This document shows, one piece after another, positions 12,717 through 26,746 of a stretch of DNA of 64,000 nt (its first letter is position 1; each line of letters begins with the position of its first letter). The stretch comes from Eledone cirrhosa (Eukaryota): the NCBI GenBank assembly GCA_964016885.1, contig OZ024762.1, forward strand, positions 4,154,001 to 4,218,000. The letters are read 5' to 3'. The position numbers and the translations under genes were made by a program. The notes below the pieces were generated by a model. It was given only the letters and a program-made list of their open reading frames with translations, ran no database searches and had not been told where the DNA came from.

Positions 12717-13113
12717 ACTGTTTACTTTTGGCACAAGGCCAGCAATTATCCCAATGCATTACTGGTACTTTATTTTATCGACCCCGTAAGGATGAAAGGC
12801 AAAGTTAACCTCGGCGGGATTTGAACTCAGACCGTAAAGGGCCGTAATTCTATGCTGCAAAACATGGCGTCCGACCCTCTACCGATACTGCCAATCCACC
12901 GCCCTCCGTTAATAATCGTTTCTAATTTGGGCACAAGATCAATAAATTGAATGGCTGGAGAGAAAGTCAATTAAATCGACCCCAGTGTGTTACTGGTACT
13001 TTATTTTATCGACGTCAAAGCTAACCTTGGTGGGATTTGAACTCAGAACGTAACTGTATGCTGCAAAGGATAGTGTTCGATCCTCTGCCGATTCTACTGC
13101 CAATCGACCGCCC
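12717..13113 (-). mobile_element. Two adjacent SINE family 1 copies (12717-12904 and 12912-13113)
   Basis: Both end in gccaatc(c/g)accgccc; identity to other copies. Confidence 0.85.
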
Positions 13114-13495
13114 TACTAACAACTTGTGGAAGTGGCTGTGGTAAATTGTTCAAATAAAATCAATGAATATTTAGAATATTTCTCTTTCCAATCATGACTC
13201 ATCCTATTAAATACTGAAACTAGAATTTAATTCACCTTTTGAAATTCCAATTCAATAAAGATTATTTTTCTCTTTCTCTGTCATTTTCCATGCTTAATCC
13301 TCCATTTATTTTCTCATTCAATTTATTGATCCATCCCTATTGATTTTTGATCATTGTTCTTTTCTTTAATCCTTTTATTCAAATATTCTACTGGTTTCAG
13401 TCATTTCACTGTGGCCATGATGGAGCATTGCCTTGAAGGTATTTTAGTTTCAGGTGGTTTGGTATGAAATGGGTTACAAATTACCAACAAATTAC

Positions 13496-13676
13496 CAACA
13501 TGTCAAACTAGAACACGAGGGCTCAAATAGATAACTTAGAAATAAAGATCCTATCAACACGTAGAACTGATGCAACACTCAGACAAATTACGGAAGCAAC
13601 ACACATAATAGAAGATAGTCCTAGCCTGAACAGAAAACACGAGTGGAATAGTAACAACCCGCAACTTAATGACTGA
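13496..13676 (+). mobile_element. Penelope-like element remnant, GIY-YIG endonuclease C-terminus
   Basis: QHVKLEHEG, frameshift, QIDNLEIKILSTRRTDATLRQITEATHIIEDSPSLNRKHEW; matches the PLE H...R.I.EA..I....P.LN pattern. Confidence 0.65.
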
Positions 13677-13816
13677 AGACAGAATAAAGACACAAACAGC
13701 AAATGATACAAACTCCCCACACACATAAAACACACGTAGACACATACACTCAGAGACGCAGGCGCAAATGTATGTGTATACATATATGTGTATGTATATA
13801 CATATATGTATATGTG

Positions 13817-13848
<32 letters not shown>

Positions 13849-14333
13849 CATATATATATATATATATGTGTGTGTATGTGTGTATATATGTGTATGTGTA
13901 TGTATGTGTGTATCTGCTTTTTCTTTGTCTTCAAGTATGGCGTTACATGTTTCTATGGTCATGTATCTCTCTCTCTCTCCACCTCTCATTTCTTCTTTCT
14001 CGTTCTCCCCTTTTCTATCCCCCCCACCACCACACTCACCCCCCTTCTCTCACTGTAGTACTGTCTCTCTCTCTCCTCTCACCACTACTCCCCCCTCTCC
14101 CATCCACCGCCACCACACTCATCACCCCCTTCTCTCGCCTACTGTAGTCCTCTCTCTCTCTCTCTCTCTCTCTCTACGTGACTCAGCCCCTCTAATAGAT
14201 TACAACTCTTTAGTTACCCCCACCCCCCTCCCCGCGCCCCTGGGTGGTGACATAAAGATTTACAACTGCAGTGGGTGAAGTTCAAATCCTGGGATCTAAT
14301 ATATCACTGAATATGATGTTTTACTTTACAGTG

Positions 14334-14441
14334 TAGTAACAACAACTACTACTAATACTACTACTACTACAGCCGTAACAACTGCAGTAGCAAAACTACT
14401 ACTACTACTACTACTACTGCAGTAACAACTACACTAGCAAA

Positions 14442-14482
<41 letters not shown>

Positions 14483-14503
14483 AGTAACAACTGCAGTAGC
14501 AAA

Positions 14504-14547
<44 letters not shown>

Positions 14548-14568
14548 AGTAACAACTGCAGTAGCAAA

Positions 14569-14604
<36 letters not shown>

Positions 14605-14680
14605 GCAGTAACAACTACAGTAGCAAAGCAACCACCAACACCACCACCACCACTACTACCACCACTACTACTACTGCTAC
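14334..14680. repeat. (CTA)n microsatellite with higher-order interruptions
   Basis: Direct reading. Confidence 0.9.
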
Positions 14681-14789
14681 AAAAACAAGGAGAGTGGTTG
14701 CAGAGGTGGAGGATGTAAAGGAATTTTCTACCCTCAACTGGCTTTTTTGTCTTCGCCACCACACTACTTGCTACCACCCCTCCACCAGA

Positions 14790-15200
14790 TTTGGGCCCAG
14801 TGAATATGATGTAGGGCCCATGTGAGTCTTGTGTATAAAATATGGGCCCAGTGTATAATAATATTAGGGCCCACTATAATAATATTAGGTCCCACTATAA
14901 TAATATTAGGGCCCAGTGTATAATAACATTAGGGCCCACTATATAATAATATTAGGGCCTACTATAATAATATTAGGTCCCACTATAATAACATTAGGGC
15001 CCAGTGTATAATAATATTAGGGCTCACTATAATAATATTAGGGCCCACTATATAATAATATTAGGGCCCACTATAATAATATTAGGGCCCAGTGTATAAT
15101 AATATTAGGGCTCACTATAATAATTAGGGCCCACTATAATAATATTAGGGCCCACTATATAATAATATTAGGGCCCAGTGTATAAGATTTGAGTCCTGTG
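14790..15200. repeat. 22-26-bp minisatellite (tataataatattagggccca)
   Basis: Direct reading; a related 20-bp array lies at 15470-15657. Confidence 0.9.
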
Positions 15201-15207
15201 TATAATA

Positions 15208-15388
15208 CTTGTTTCTACTTTAGGCACAAGGCCAGCAATTACCCAGTGCATTACTGGTACTTTATTTTATCGACCCCGTAAGGATGAAAGGCAAAGTCAA
15301 CCTCGGCGGGATTTGAACTCAGATTGTAAAGGGACGTAACTATGCTTGAAAGCATGGCGTCCGACCCTCTACCGATACTGCCAATCCA
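15208..15388 (-). mobile_element. SINE family 1 inserted between the two arrays
   Basis: Identity to other copies. Confidence 0.85.
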
Positions 15389-15782
15389 ATAATACTGGAT
15401 CCATTGTAGAAGATTTAAGCACAGGGTCTATGACTAGGCCCATTGTATAAGACGACCTATTGTATAAGACAGGGCCCACTGCATAGGATGTGTGTCCAGT
15501 GTGTAAGATGTGTGTCCATTGTATAAGATGTGTGTCCAGTGTATAAGATGTGTGTCCAGTGTATAAGATGTATGTCCAGTGTATAAGACTGTGTCCATTG
15601 TATAAAATGTGTGTCCAGTGTATAAGATGAGTGTCCATTGTATAAGATGCATTGTATAAATTTGTTGAATAACCATTCAACAAATTTATTTATAACAGAT
15701 TAGAAGCACTCAACAGATTTCTTCTGGAGTATAATATCAATGATATTAATAAATGGAAACTATCTTTATGAAAGCATATTTA

Positions 15783-15839
15783 TTTTATTATATATATTTC
15801 AAGGGTGCCAAAATTTTGGTACGCTCTCATCAGATAAAA
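15783..15839 (-). ncRNA. Type I hammerhead ribozyme, family A
   Basis: TTTTAT-CTGATGA-gagcgtaccaa aatt ttggcaccctt-GAAA-TATATATA-ATAAAA. Confidence 0.7.
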
Positions 15840-15961
15840 TAAAAAAGTTGTTTTATAAATAGTGACATATCCAAAAAACAAGAACTTATCGTTTTAACAG
15901 AACTTAAAACGATAAGTTCTTGTTTTCTGGTTATGTCACTATTTATAAAACAACTTTTGTA

Positions 15962-16016
15962 TTTTATCTGATGAGAGCGTACCAAAATGTTGGTACCCTT
16001 GAAATATATATAAAAT
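15962..16016 (+). ncRNA. Type I hammerhead ribozyme, family A inverted arm
   Basis: CTGATGA at 15968, gtaccaa/ttggtac stem II, GAAA at 16001. Confidence 0.65.
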
Positions 16017-16058
16017 ATATATGGCTTTATAAAGATAGTTTCCATTTATTAATATCAT

Positions 16059-16113
<55 letters not shown>

Positions 16114-16352
16114 GTAGGAGGTGAGTTTTATTGTAGTACAATAAAGCAATGCAGATATCGGATAAGAAGCACTCTACAGTTTGTAGGACTGGAGTATACA
16201 TAATGTGTTGATTTAAAACTGCACTATCCACAAGTGTTTTTTAGCCTTCATATCATGTCCTCCTCTTTTATCTGACGAAAACACAAATATTATTGCATGA
16301 TGATGTTTGTTTTTGAAATGCGCATAATAAAATACATGGAACTCCTTTAACC
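16114..16352. mobile_element. Mini-PLE family B: minus-strand tail (16114-16198) plus inverted hammerhead segment (16203-16352)
   Basis: Rearranged relative to the colinear copy at 19090-19347; (TA)n on both sides. Confidence 0.75.
16266..16332 (+). ncRNA. Type I hammerhead ribozyme, family B
   Basis: TTTTAT-CTGACGA-long stem II-GAAA-TGCGCATA-ATAAAA; palindromic stem III ATGCGCAT. Confidence 0.7.
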
Positions 16353-16539
16353 ATCTTTTGTTCTTATATTATATATATATATATATATATGTGTGTATCA
16401 TTGATACATATATATAAATATATATATATAAACAAACATACATAATTTCAAGAATTTAAGCAGGTCACATTTTCCCAAACCCCCTCTCTTGGTCTTTTCT
16501 CTCACATCTCAACACTCCCCTCTCTCTTACTCTTTTCTC

Positions 16540-16617
<78 letters not shown>

Positions 16618-16711
16618 GTGAAAACTGGAACGGGAACAAAAACAGAGAGGCAGTAAAAACAAAGGTTTATTAGTTTCACGCTCTTACATCTCTCTCTCTC
16701 TCTCTACCCAC

Positions 16712-16765
<54 letters not shown>

Positions 16766-17447
16766 GCCTCTATCTCACCTTCTATCCCCCTCCCTCCTTT
16801 CTTGACCCACCCATAACCATTAAGTCTTACTCAACCAACAACAACAACAACAAATTACCCCCACTTCATTCACTCTTCCTTGAATTAACCCTATTTATAT
16901 CACAGCACATCCCTCCCCCCTCCCCATTTCAATTAATCTTTTTTTCACTTCATACATTTCTTCTCCCCCCTCTCTCTCTATCTATCTCCCACTTTCTCTC
17001 GCCTTCTTCCATCAATCTCTGCCCCTCCTCTCCTTTTCTTAAATAACCCCTTCTACCATGAGTCTTTCTCCTTCTCTCTCTCCCCGCCGTCACCCTCTCC
17101 TTTAATTCTCATCTTACTCCACCCTTCCACTCCACCACAACCATTCACTTGCTCCTTCTATCTCCCCCCTCTCTCTCTTTATATCTGCCTCCCTCCTCTC
17201 TTTACCTCTCCCTCTCTGTATATCTCTCTATCCCCCTCCTTTTTTTTTATTTCTCCTTTTATCTTTCTCCCCTCTCCCTCTTTATCTTTCTCTCCTTTCT
17301 CACTTCTCTCTTTATACCTCTCGCCTCTCTCTCTTTATCCCCCTCCCTCTCTGCTTCACCCTACCCACACCCCTTCTCACTACACCTTACTCATTCTACA
17401 TGAAGCGGAAACCCTGTAATTGCTCTCCTATATAAACAAGAACACGC

Positions 17448-18258
17448 CAACCAACACACTAACACACCTCCACACCACCACCAACACACCTCCACACCAC
17501 CACTACTTCATCAACATACCATCACACCACCACTACTACACCATCACACCTCCACACCACCACTACTTCATCAACATACCATCACACCACCACTACTACC
17601 CCAACACACCATCACACCTCCACACCACCACTACTACACCAACACACCATCACAGCAACATACCATCACACCACCACTACTACACCAACACATCACCACA
17701 CCATCCACCATCACAGCAACACACCACCACTACCACACTAACACACCACCACCATCACAGCAACATACCTCCACATCACCACTACTACACCAACGCATCA
17801 CCACTACTACACCAACACATCACCACTACTACACTAACAGACCACCACTGCTACACCAACACACCTTTACTACACTAACACACCACCATACCATCACATT
17901 CTCATAACAACACACTACCACACCAACATCACACCACCACACCATCACACCAGCCAACCAAGACAACAAGACACCACCTCACCATCACACCAAGACACCA
18001 CCACAACAACACACAACCACACCAACACACTACCACACCACCATCACACCACCACACCATCACACCAGCCAACCAAGACACCGAGACACCACCACAACCA
18101 CACCAACACACCACCACAACAACACCAAGACACCAACACACCACCACAAAACCACAACAACACACCACCACAACAACACACCACCACAAACCACAACAAC
18201 ACACCACCACACCAACGCCAAGACACCAACACACCACCACAACAACACACCACCACCC
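17448..18258. repeat. CAC/CAA-rich low-complexity tract
   Basis: Direct reading. Confidence 0.85.
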
Positions 18259-19089
18259 AATCAGAATAATACACCAACAAGCAAGATCCTCTTGACAATA
18301 CACGCGAACACCTGAGAACCAGGGCCCATGGTTGACATAAGAGGTACAAATAACAAATACGTTTGTGCAGATGTTGTGTGACCAACATGAGTTGATATTT
18401 ATTTCTGACATCACTGGTACAATATCTTACTGGCACTCACAAAATCCCACAAAATCCCACACAGTTTCAAAGATTCCCACAGTAGCCCACAAAAACCCAC
18501 TGAATTTCATAAAAGCCTACAGACATTCACAAAGGATAACAGAAGTTCAGAGACGCTCACAGAATCCCTGAAAATTACAAAGACCCCACAGAAGGCCATA
18601 AAAGCCTACAAACACAAAGCTTGCAAAAGACCACAACCACCACATAAGCCTGCATACACATGGAACCACCACCAAAGCCCACATACACATGGAAAAGTTC
18701 ACCAAAACCCTCAGAAGACCTTAAAGTAACTGTTATACATATTTCTGGGCTGAGACAATGCAAGAAAAAGTCTGAACTGAGATGAGGACTTGAAATAGAA
18801 AGGTATAAAATAAACATGAAAACTTATCTCTATTGTGAGGGCATACCACACAGTTAGGCATACAAACAGACAAATCTACAGAGATTCACAAAACACCACT
18901 AAACTTTACAGAAGCTCAATGAACTTCATACACATCATACAGACATATATACATACATGATGGCTGCTAACTCTGCTAAGAGTACTGCAATCGCTTGTCA
19001 GATTACAGAAAATGGTGCACTTTTTCGATAACTCTCTCAGGGTTATGTTCGTCCCACTTTTCTGCTCTGTCAACTACATATTTTCCAAC

Positions 19090-19345
19090 ATATGTTGATT
19101 TAAAACTGCACTATTCACAAGTGTTTTTTAACCTTCATATCATGTCTCCCTATTTTATCTGACGAAAACGCAAATGTTATTGCATGATGATATTTGTTTT
19201 TGAAATGCGCATAATAAAATACATGGAACTCTTTTAACCATCTTTTGATCTTATATATTATTTATACTCCAGTCCTACAAACTGTAGAGTGCTACTTATC
19301 CGATATCTGCATTGCTTTATTGGGCTTCAATAAAACTCACCTCCT

Positions 19346-19347
<2 letters not shown>
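19090..19347 (+). mobile_element. Mini-PLE family B, colinear copy with hammerhead (19153-19219) and tail
   Basis: CTGACGA at 19159, GAAA at 19202, tail hairpin at 19265-19293. Confidence 0.75.
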
Positions 19348-19381
<34 letters not shown>

Positions 19382-19387
<6 letters not shown>

Positions 19388-19885
19388 TATAAAGTATGTC
19401 CATAGAATCATTTGATAATATATATACACCATTTCCTCTCTCAATTAGCATAATTAACCACATAAAAAATCAATTAGACCAGGCTATAAGATTAAAAGCC
19501 ACCTACGAAGAAATAATAGATAAATAAACGACAGCAATCTATTCGCGATCAACAGCCATAGATTATTTACCCAACATTTCAATAGCACATGGAAATCGAT
19601 TAAATATACCGTCAACCATACACAATTAGGTATAAAATTAAAGTTAGAAGAAAAAATGCATATACACATACCAGGATTACGTTTCTAGCCTTAGGGTTTC
19701 GTTCGCTTTTGGAGATATCCTATTAAGGATAAAATCCCGAGCTTCGAACTCACCAGGAAACAAACTCATTTGGACAAAGAATTTCCCTAAGTGATCCCTG
19801 CCGTAACACATCCAATACAGTCGTTTTCTCTTTTATCCATCTTCTCTTAACTATTCTCCTGGGCGAAGCCGGGTACCTCAGCTAG
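19382..19885 (+). mobile_element. Non-autonomous Helitron-like element
   Basis: 5' atatactataaag; 3' GC-rich hairpin ctgggcgaagccggg followed by CTAG. Confidence 0.6.
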
Positions 19886-19987
19886 TCTATCTATATCTCT
19901 CTCTCTATATATATATATATATTCACACACACACACACACACACATATATATAGTTATGAGTTACTGCCCATATACACTCCTTCCAA

Positions 19988-20020
<33 letters not shown>

Positions 20021-20793
20021 GCACATGTATATATGTGTATATATGTACACATGTATATATATATACACACACATACACACACACACTGTTCACCATGAAG
20101 ACAAGTGTTGCGCCTAAATCAAGATCTTATTAATAGCACGTGATATACTCCCCTCACCAACTCCCCACCACCATGTCCCATCTCGCTGCAATACTGCTGT
20201 TACTATATTGCACCTCCCTCTGCACCCAGCCACTGCATCTTACACACCAACATTAGACACGTGAATAAGAAGGAAAAAACACACATACAAACACAGACAC
20301 ACATAATACACACACACATACATAGACAGACACACATACACACACAGACAAACAGACATACATAGACACACACATACATACATAGACAAACACACACATA
20401 CATAGACATACATAGACACACACACACACACACATACACACACATAGACAAACACACACATACATAGACAAACAGGCATACATAGACACACACACACATA
20501 CATACACACACATACAGACAAACACACACACATACATAGACAAACATACATACATAGACACACACACATACATACACAGACATATACATAGACAAACACA
20601 CACACATACATAGACAAACACACATACATAGACAAACACACACATACAGACAAACACACACACACATACACACACACACATACATACACACACATACACA
20701 TGTATGTATATTAGAGTATTCCTGAATTACCGTATGACTGGATAAACGAGTGTGTGTGTGTGAGTCCATGTGTGTGTGAGTGTGTGAGCATGT

Positions 20794-20834
<41 letters not shown>

Positions 20835-20997
20835 CATGTGTGTGTGTGTGTGTGTGTGTCGGAGTTACTGACTGCACCAAGTGTTTACAATAAACGCAAC
20901 GCCAACCAAACGACATATATATTTGCATATGTGTGTGTATATGTATGTATATATGTATATGTATGAATGTATGTATATATATATATATAGTATATAT

Positions 20998-21028
<31 letters not shown>

Positions 21029-21134
21029 AAGCAATGGAACAGCTCTGATTCTATGACTAACAAATATGTTTATTGTACACACCAGTGCACCGTACTGCAC
21101 ACTGCATTACTGTACATGCACCTGCCACAACAAA

Positions 21135-21184
<50 letters not shown>

Positions 21185-21187
21185 ATA

Positions 21188-21349
21188 TATAAAATCAAAA
21201 GATGGTTAAAAGAGTTCCATGTATTTTATTATGCGCATTTCAAAAACAAATATCATCATGGGATGATATTTGCGTTCTCATCAGATAAAATAGGGAGACA
21301 TATGAAGCTTAAAAAACACTTGCTAGCAGAGAAGTGTTAAATCAACATA
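21188..21349 (-). mobile_element. Mini-PLE family B fragment with hammerhead (21224-21290)
   Basis: Minus strand TTTTATCTGATGAgaacgcaaatatcat...GAAATGCGCATAATAAAA; lies in (TA)n. Confidence 0.7.
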
Positions 21350-21489
21350 CACATATATATACACACACACACATATATATATATATATATGTAGAAGTTC
21401 TATTTAAATTGTTGGGATACAACAAGCAAATATTTTTATAACTGATATAAAGCAATCAACAAATAATTGGAGTAAAAATACGATATTAT

Positions 21490-22085
21490 TTTGACGAGTT
21501 AAGTAACACCATATCATGTGCAATCCTGTTCATGAAGATTATAAACAGGAGATGTGACAGTACGAACCCTTGGTGGAGTCTGACTCCCACATTGAATGGT
21601 TTTGATTTAGCACCATTTATCCGAACACAAATACTCGGGCATTCGTACAGAGACACCAGGGCAGCAAGAAGGTGACCATCCATTTCATACTCCTGCAGGA
21701 CATTCCACAACAGGTCCCGAGGAACGCGTTCGTAGCAAGAATACACCTGCGCCCAGGATGAAAACCACTCTGTTCATCAGTTAGCTTGAACTCGATAATA
21801 TCTTTACATCTTTGCCAAAAATTTAACAAATATTTTACCAGGGACGCGTACGAAGGAGACCCCTATAGTTGGAGCAATGTCTCTTGTCTCCCCCTTTTGA
21901 AAATTGGGATTATCATTGCTTAGGTGCCTAACCAGAGATCCAGGAAACCCGACACACACCAGTCAGTCAGAGAATACCTTTTCTATTTAAGGCGTTTCAC
22001 ATCTTGGGCCGAATGTCCTCTCCCCAGCGGTCTTGCCACATTTGAGCTCTTTAATTGCTCTCGTGACCTCAACCTCTGAGAGGTT
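21490..22085 (-). mobile_element. Decayed RTE LINE reverse-transcriptase fragment
   Basis: EQSGFHPGR; YERVPRDLLW; VRLHQGFVLSHLLFIIFM (RT motif B). Confidence 0.8.
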
Positions 22086-22421
22086 ACTTTATAAATTGTA
22101 GTAATGTCAAATAATTTTGGTTAGACTCGGAATTTGTGTATGTATCACACACACACACGGTGACATACACACAGTCATATACATACATACACACACATAG
22201 GGTCCTACACAGAAACACACACACGCATACACATACATACAGAAAAAAAATAGAATCACACAAATTACAGAAACTGACAGAGCCTGACAGACTCATACAC
22301 ACATACACACACACACACGTGCACGCAATCAGACATATACTAGAGAGAGAGAGACACCTGTCACTATTTCCAAAGCAGTGCAACAGCTATAAACAGACTG
22401 ACAGACAGACACATATGCACG

Positions 22422-22479
<58 letters not shown>

Positions 22480-23235
22480 GTGTAAGAAAGACACACACGC
22501 ATATATACATAGTGTAAGAAAGACACACACGCATATATACATAGTGTAAGAAAGACACACACACGCATGGACACAGCTTCGCTTACTTGGAAAGCAATCT
22601 CTATGACTAATATTGAAATACCGCATTCCTTTCTTACTGTTGAATACAATGGAGAGAGAGAGGGGGAGAGAGAGAGAGGGAGGGAGAGAGAGAGAGAAAG
22701 AGAGAGAGAAAGAGAGGGTGAGGGAGGGAGAGAAAGAGAGAGAGGAGGGAGAGAAAGAGAGAAAGAGAGAGGGTGAGGGAGGGAGAGAAAGAGAAGGATA
22801 GACAAAAAGTAAAATGTGAAGAGAGAAAGAGAGAGGGAAAGACAGGTGTGGAGAGAGGGAGAAGGGAGGGAGAGAGAGGGAGAAGAGAGGGAGAGAGGGA
22901 GAGAGTGGGAGAAGAGAGGGGGAGAAGAGAGGGAGAGAGAGGGAGAAGAGAGGGAGAGAGAGGGAGAGAGAGGGAGAAGAGAGGGAGAAAGAGGGAGAAG
23001 AGAGGGGGGGGGGAGAGAGTGAGGAGAAAGCCAAAGAATGAAGAGAGAGAGAAAGATAGGGAAAGAGAAAGCTAAGGCAGGGGTGGAAAGAGAGAGGGAA
23101 GGAAGCGATAGAGAAAGCCGGGGGGGGGAGGAGGGGGTAAGACGGATACCAAGAAATAAAGAAATACATCAACAAATAAACAAAGAGGGTTTCCTTGTCG
23201 ACAAATTGGAAAGGGGAGGAAATGGTGGGTTAAAG

Positions 23236-23505
23236 GAGAGAGGGGTGAGAGTCAGAGTAAAGTAGATAAGGGAGGGGGAGGAGAGAGGGGTGAGAGTCAG
23301 AGTAAAGTAGATAAGGGAGGGGGAGGAGAGAGAGGTGAGAGTCAGAGTAAAGTAGATAAGGGAGGGGGAGGAGAGAGGGGTGAGAGTCAGAGTAAAGTAG
23401 ATAAGGGAGGGGGAGGAGAGAGAGGTGAGAGTCAGAGTAAAGTAGATAAGGGAGGGGGAGGAGAGAGGGGTGAGAGTCAGAGTAAAGTAGATAAGGGAGG
23501 GGGAG
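23236..23505. repeat. 45-bp purine-rich minisatellite, about 6 copies
   Basis: Period 23246, 23291, 23336. Confidence 0.95.
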
Positions 23506-24087
23506 GTTACACTGCAGTCAAAAGATGAAAGGCGAGAAAAAGGTATCGGTTTGAGTGCGTGTGTATGTATATATGTGTGTGTATGTGTATGTATATGTGT
23601 GTGTATATATGTGTATGTATATATATGTGTGTATGTATGTGTGAGTGTGTATGTATATATGTGTGTATGTGTATGTATGTGTGTGTATGTATATATGTGT
23701 ATGTATATGTGTGTGTATGTATATGTATGTGTGCATGTGTATGTATGTGTGTGCATGTGTATGTATATGTGTGTGTATGTGTATCTATATATGTGTGTGT
23801 ATGTATATGTATATATGTCTGCATGTGTATGTATGTGTGCGTGTGTATGTGTAAGTATATATGTGTGTGTGTGTGTGTATGTACATATGCGTGTGCATGT
23901 GTATGCATATATGTGTGTGTGTATGTATATATGTGTGCATGTGTATGAATATGTGTGTACATGTGTATGTATATATGTGTGTGTATGTGTATGTATATGC
24001 ACGTGTGTGTGAGTGCATGCACCTCTGTTGATCTGCATGTTTACGTATATGTGTGGATTTACGCGCGTGCAAATGTGTGTGTTTGCG

Positions 24088-24136
<49 letters not shown>

Positions 24137-24514
24137 ACGCAGGTACATGTGTGCGATTGCATGAATGTATGTGCCTGTGTATATGTGTTAATGTGCACGT
24201 GTTTATATATATATAATATATTACTGATGTTTGTGCATTGCCCTATGTACTGCACATGCACTTTTATGATGAGTTGTGGTGCACCTGGGCACTGTACACA
24301 ATATTTCATTATTGTTATTATTATTATATCATGACTCATACACTGTTCATTTTCCTGACATTTGTACATTACTCTATGTACTATACATGCACCTTTGATG
24401 AGTTGTAGTGCACCTGAGCACTGTACACAATAATTTCATTATTATTATTATTATTATATATATTTAAAGGTTAAACAAGGTTCAATGAATAAATCAAAGA
24501 ATGAGTTTTACAAT

Positions 24515-24645
24515 AGCTGAGGCGAGGTACACCCACAATGGATTGGTGTCCTGTCGAGCGGGATTATGGCACTCTCGGTTAATGCCACGAAAACCGGGAT
24601 AAACACCGGTCTGATGAGCTTCAGGGCTCCGGACAGACTTTAGAC
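24515..24645 (+). mobile_element. SINE central-domain and 3' fragment
   Basis: atggattggtgtcctgtc...aaaccgggataaacaccggtctgatgagc...cagacttta resembles widespread metazoan SINE domains; recalled from memory. Confidence 0.45.
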
Positions 24646-24879
24646 TTTTAGGAGTGGAGATATATATATATGTATATATATATGTATATGTGTCCATATA
24701 CCTTCATCTGCCAGTAATATCATTTGTAATGGCTCAGTGACGATTCTTGTTAGTCAGGCGTTTCACCTGTTGTCATCCTGAGAGTTACCAAACTCATCAG
24801 CAGAATATCACCGGATTCACACGGAACCCGGTCATTGAAATGATCCTAGTATAATAAACCTTTCAAGGATTTACACAAG

Positions 24880-25105
24880 TCCAGCCTCCTGTTTCAGCGA
24901 TCTAAGGTCTGCTCTCACCACCTCTGCCCATGTTTTAAGTGGTCTACCTCTTCTGCGTCTTCCTTCTACTGGGATTTCTTGGTTCTTCTTCACCCAGCGA
25001 TCATCCTCCATGCGCATCACATGTCCATACCATCTCAGCCTTCTCTCCTGCACACCACAACTACACAAACGAAGACGGTTGAGCTGCTTTACGTTGAGTA
25101 CTCTC
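24880..25105 (-). mobile_element. RTE LINE C-terminal fragment
   Basis: VQERRLRWYGHVMRMEDDRWVKK...GRRRRGRPLKTWAEVVRADL. Confidence 0.85.
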
Positions 25106-25344
25106 CATATTATTACATCAAGATTGACCATACGGAATGACCAGCTCTATCCAGTGGTGAACCTTCAAACCTAAATATATATATATATATATATACTATA
25201 TATAGAGTTATAAACTCAAACAGTCTTTTACAATTAAATAGCTCAAAGAAATATTTCTGAGCTAACTTGGTCATTTGCAATACAAACACTTATATACTTG
25301 TATTAGTGTTTATCATATATTCATTTGTATATATATATATATAT

Positions 25345-25700
25345 ATATGTGTGAATGAATATATATAACGACAAAAGAAGGCCAGAATGAAATCCCTATA
25401 CATATTTCAATGGTCGAGCTCCATCATCCACATATGATGCAAGACAGGACGATCTTATCAGGTAACTTCGATAGAATTACAAAACAGGGTCACGTAGAAC
25501 CCAAACACATTGGAGGAGGATAGGGAAAAGAGAATAGGAAAATAAAAAATGAAATTTTTGACTCGGGGACTGCCTGCCAAAATATCGAGTGCTTTGATTC
25601 GCTACATCATGATTTGCCTAATGAAAATAACTTAAATATATGAGGTGCTACCAAGGCCATTTTATCATTTGCTATCGAACTAGTTAAACCTAAACCGTAG
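25345..25700. mobile_element. Mini-PLE-like family H: minus-strand variant hammerhead segment plus plus-strand tail remnant
   Basis: Minus CTGATAA...TGAAATATGTATA-GGGATTTC; second copy at 50133-50320; TCGAGTGCT at 25585. Confidence 0.5.
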
Positions 25701-25778
25701 AAGTGAAATGCTTTCTTCTCAAATTATAGTAGTAGAGACTTCTGATCCTCTGGGTCCCTGCTCTACCCCCTTACTCAC

Positions 25779-25922
25779 TGCAGTTGGGGTGGAGTTGGTC
25801 ACCGACAGGAGGGAGCTCTGATGAAGTGAACTGACTTCTTGTAAAACCTGTTGAAGGGGAGACTTCTGGTGTTCTAGGTCTCATTATCACCCCCTTACTG
25901 CTATCAGAGCGGAGCTGGTTAC
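25779..25922 (-). CDS. Candidate 144-nt phase-1/1 exon, Ser/Pro-rich
   Basis: ttcactgctatag| and |gtgagt; only one frame open: NQLRSDSSKGVIMRPRTPEVSPSTGFTRSQFTSSELPPVGDQLHPNC. Confidence 0.55.
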
Positions 25923-26401
25923 CTATAGCAGTGAACCATGCCACTACTAGCAACTTCATCACCTCCACCACCACCACCACTACTAGCAACTTCATCACCT
26001 CCACCACCACCACCACTACTAGCAACTCCATCACCACCACCACCACCACTACTAGCAACTTCATCACCACCACCACCACCACTACTAGCAACTTCATCAC
26101 CACCATCACCACCACCACCACCACAGCAAACACTGTCACCAGCACCACCCCCACCCTCATCCTCACAGCCACCACCATCACCACCACCACCACCACCATA
26201 ACCATCATCCCTACCACCACCCCTCTAGCCACACCGCACTGCTGCCCCCACCCCACTGCCACCACCTTCATTAATTCCTGTAGGTTTCTATCAAGGAAAT
26301 TACAGGTCTCACAAAAAGGGTTTCAGTTTATGAGGGATGTGACCTAAATTATGAATGACTCATGTGTAACGGTGTGTGTATATATATATATATACATATA
26401 C

Positions 26402-26432
<31 letters not shown>

Positions 26433-26463
26433 CATGTGTGTATATATATATATATATATATAC

Positions 26464-26494
<31 letters not shown>

Positions 26495-26693
26495 CATGTG
26501 TGTATATATATATATATATATATACATGTGTGTATATATATATATATATATATACATGTGTGTATATATATATATATACATACATGTGTGTATATATATA
26601 TATATAGATGTATATATATATATGAATATACACACACATACACATGTATCGATATAAATACACACATACACACACATATATATATGCATAATA

Positions 26694-26744
<51 letters not shown>

Positions 26745-26746
<2 letters not shown>

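Larger units (their letters stand above)
15658..16064 (-). mobile_element. Mini-PLE family A: tail plus about 165-bp inverted arms
   Basis: Inverted repeat 15734-15897 / 15904-16064 with 6-nt loop; hammerhead in each arm; tail at 15658-15733; (TA)n on the right. Confidence 0.75.

Noticed and set aside
24611-24640. CTGATGAG hammerhead candidate
   Set aside because: No GAAA after the stem; part of a SINE-like 3' region.
24745-24815. Minus-strand CTGATGA...GAAACG hammerhead candidate; similar at 39535-39590 and 32655-32765
   Set aside because: Stems I and II cannot be built convincingly and each is single-copy here, so they were left uncalled.
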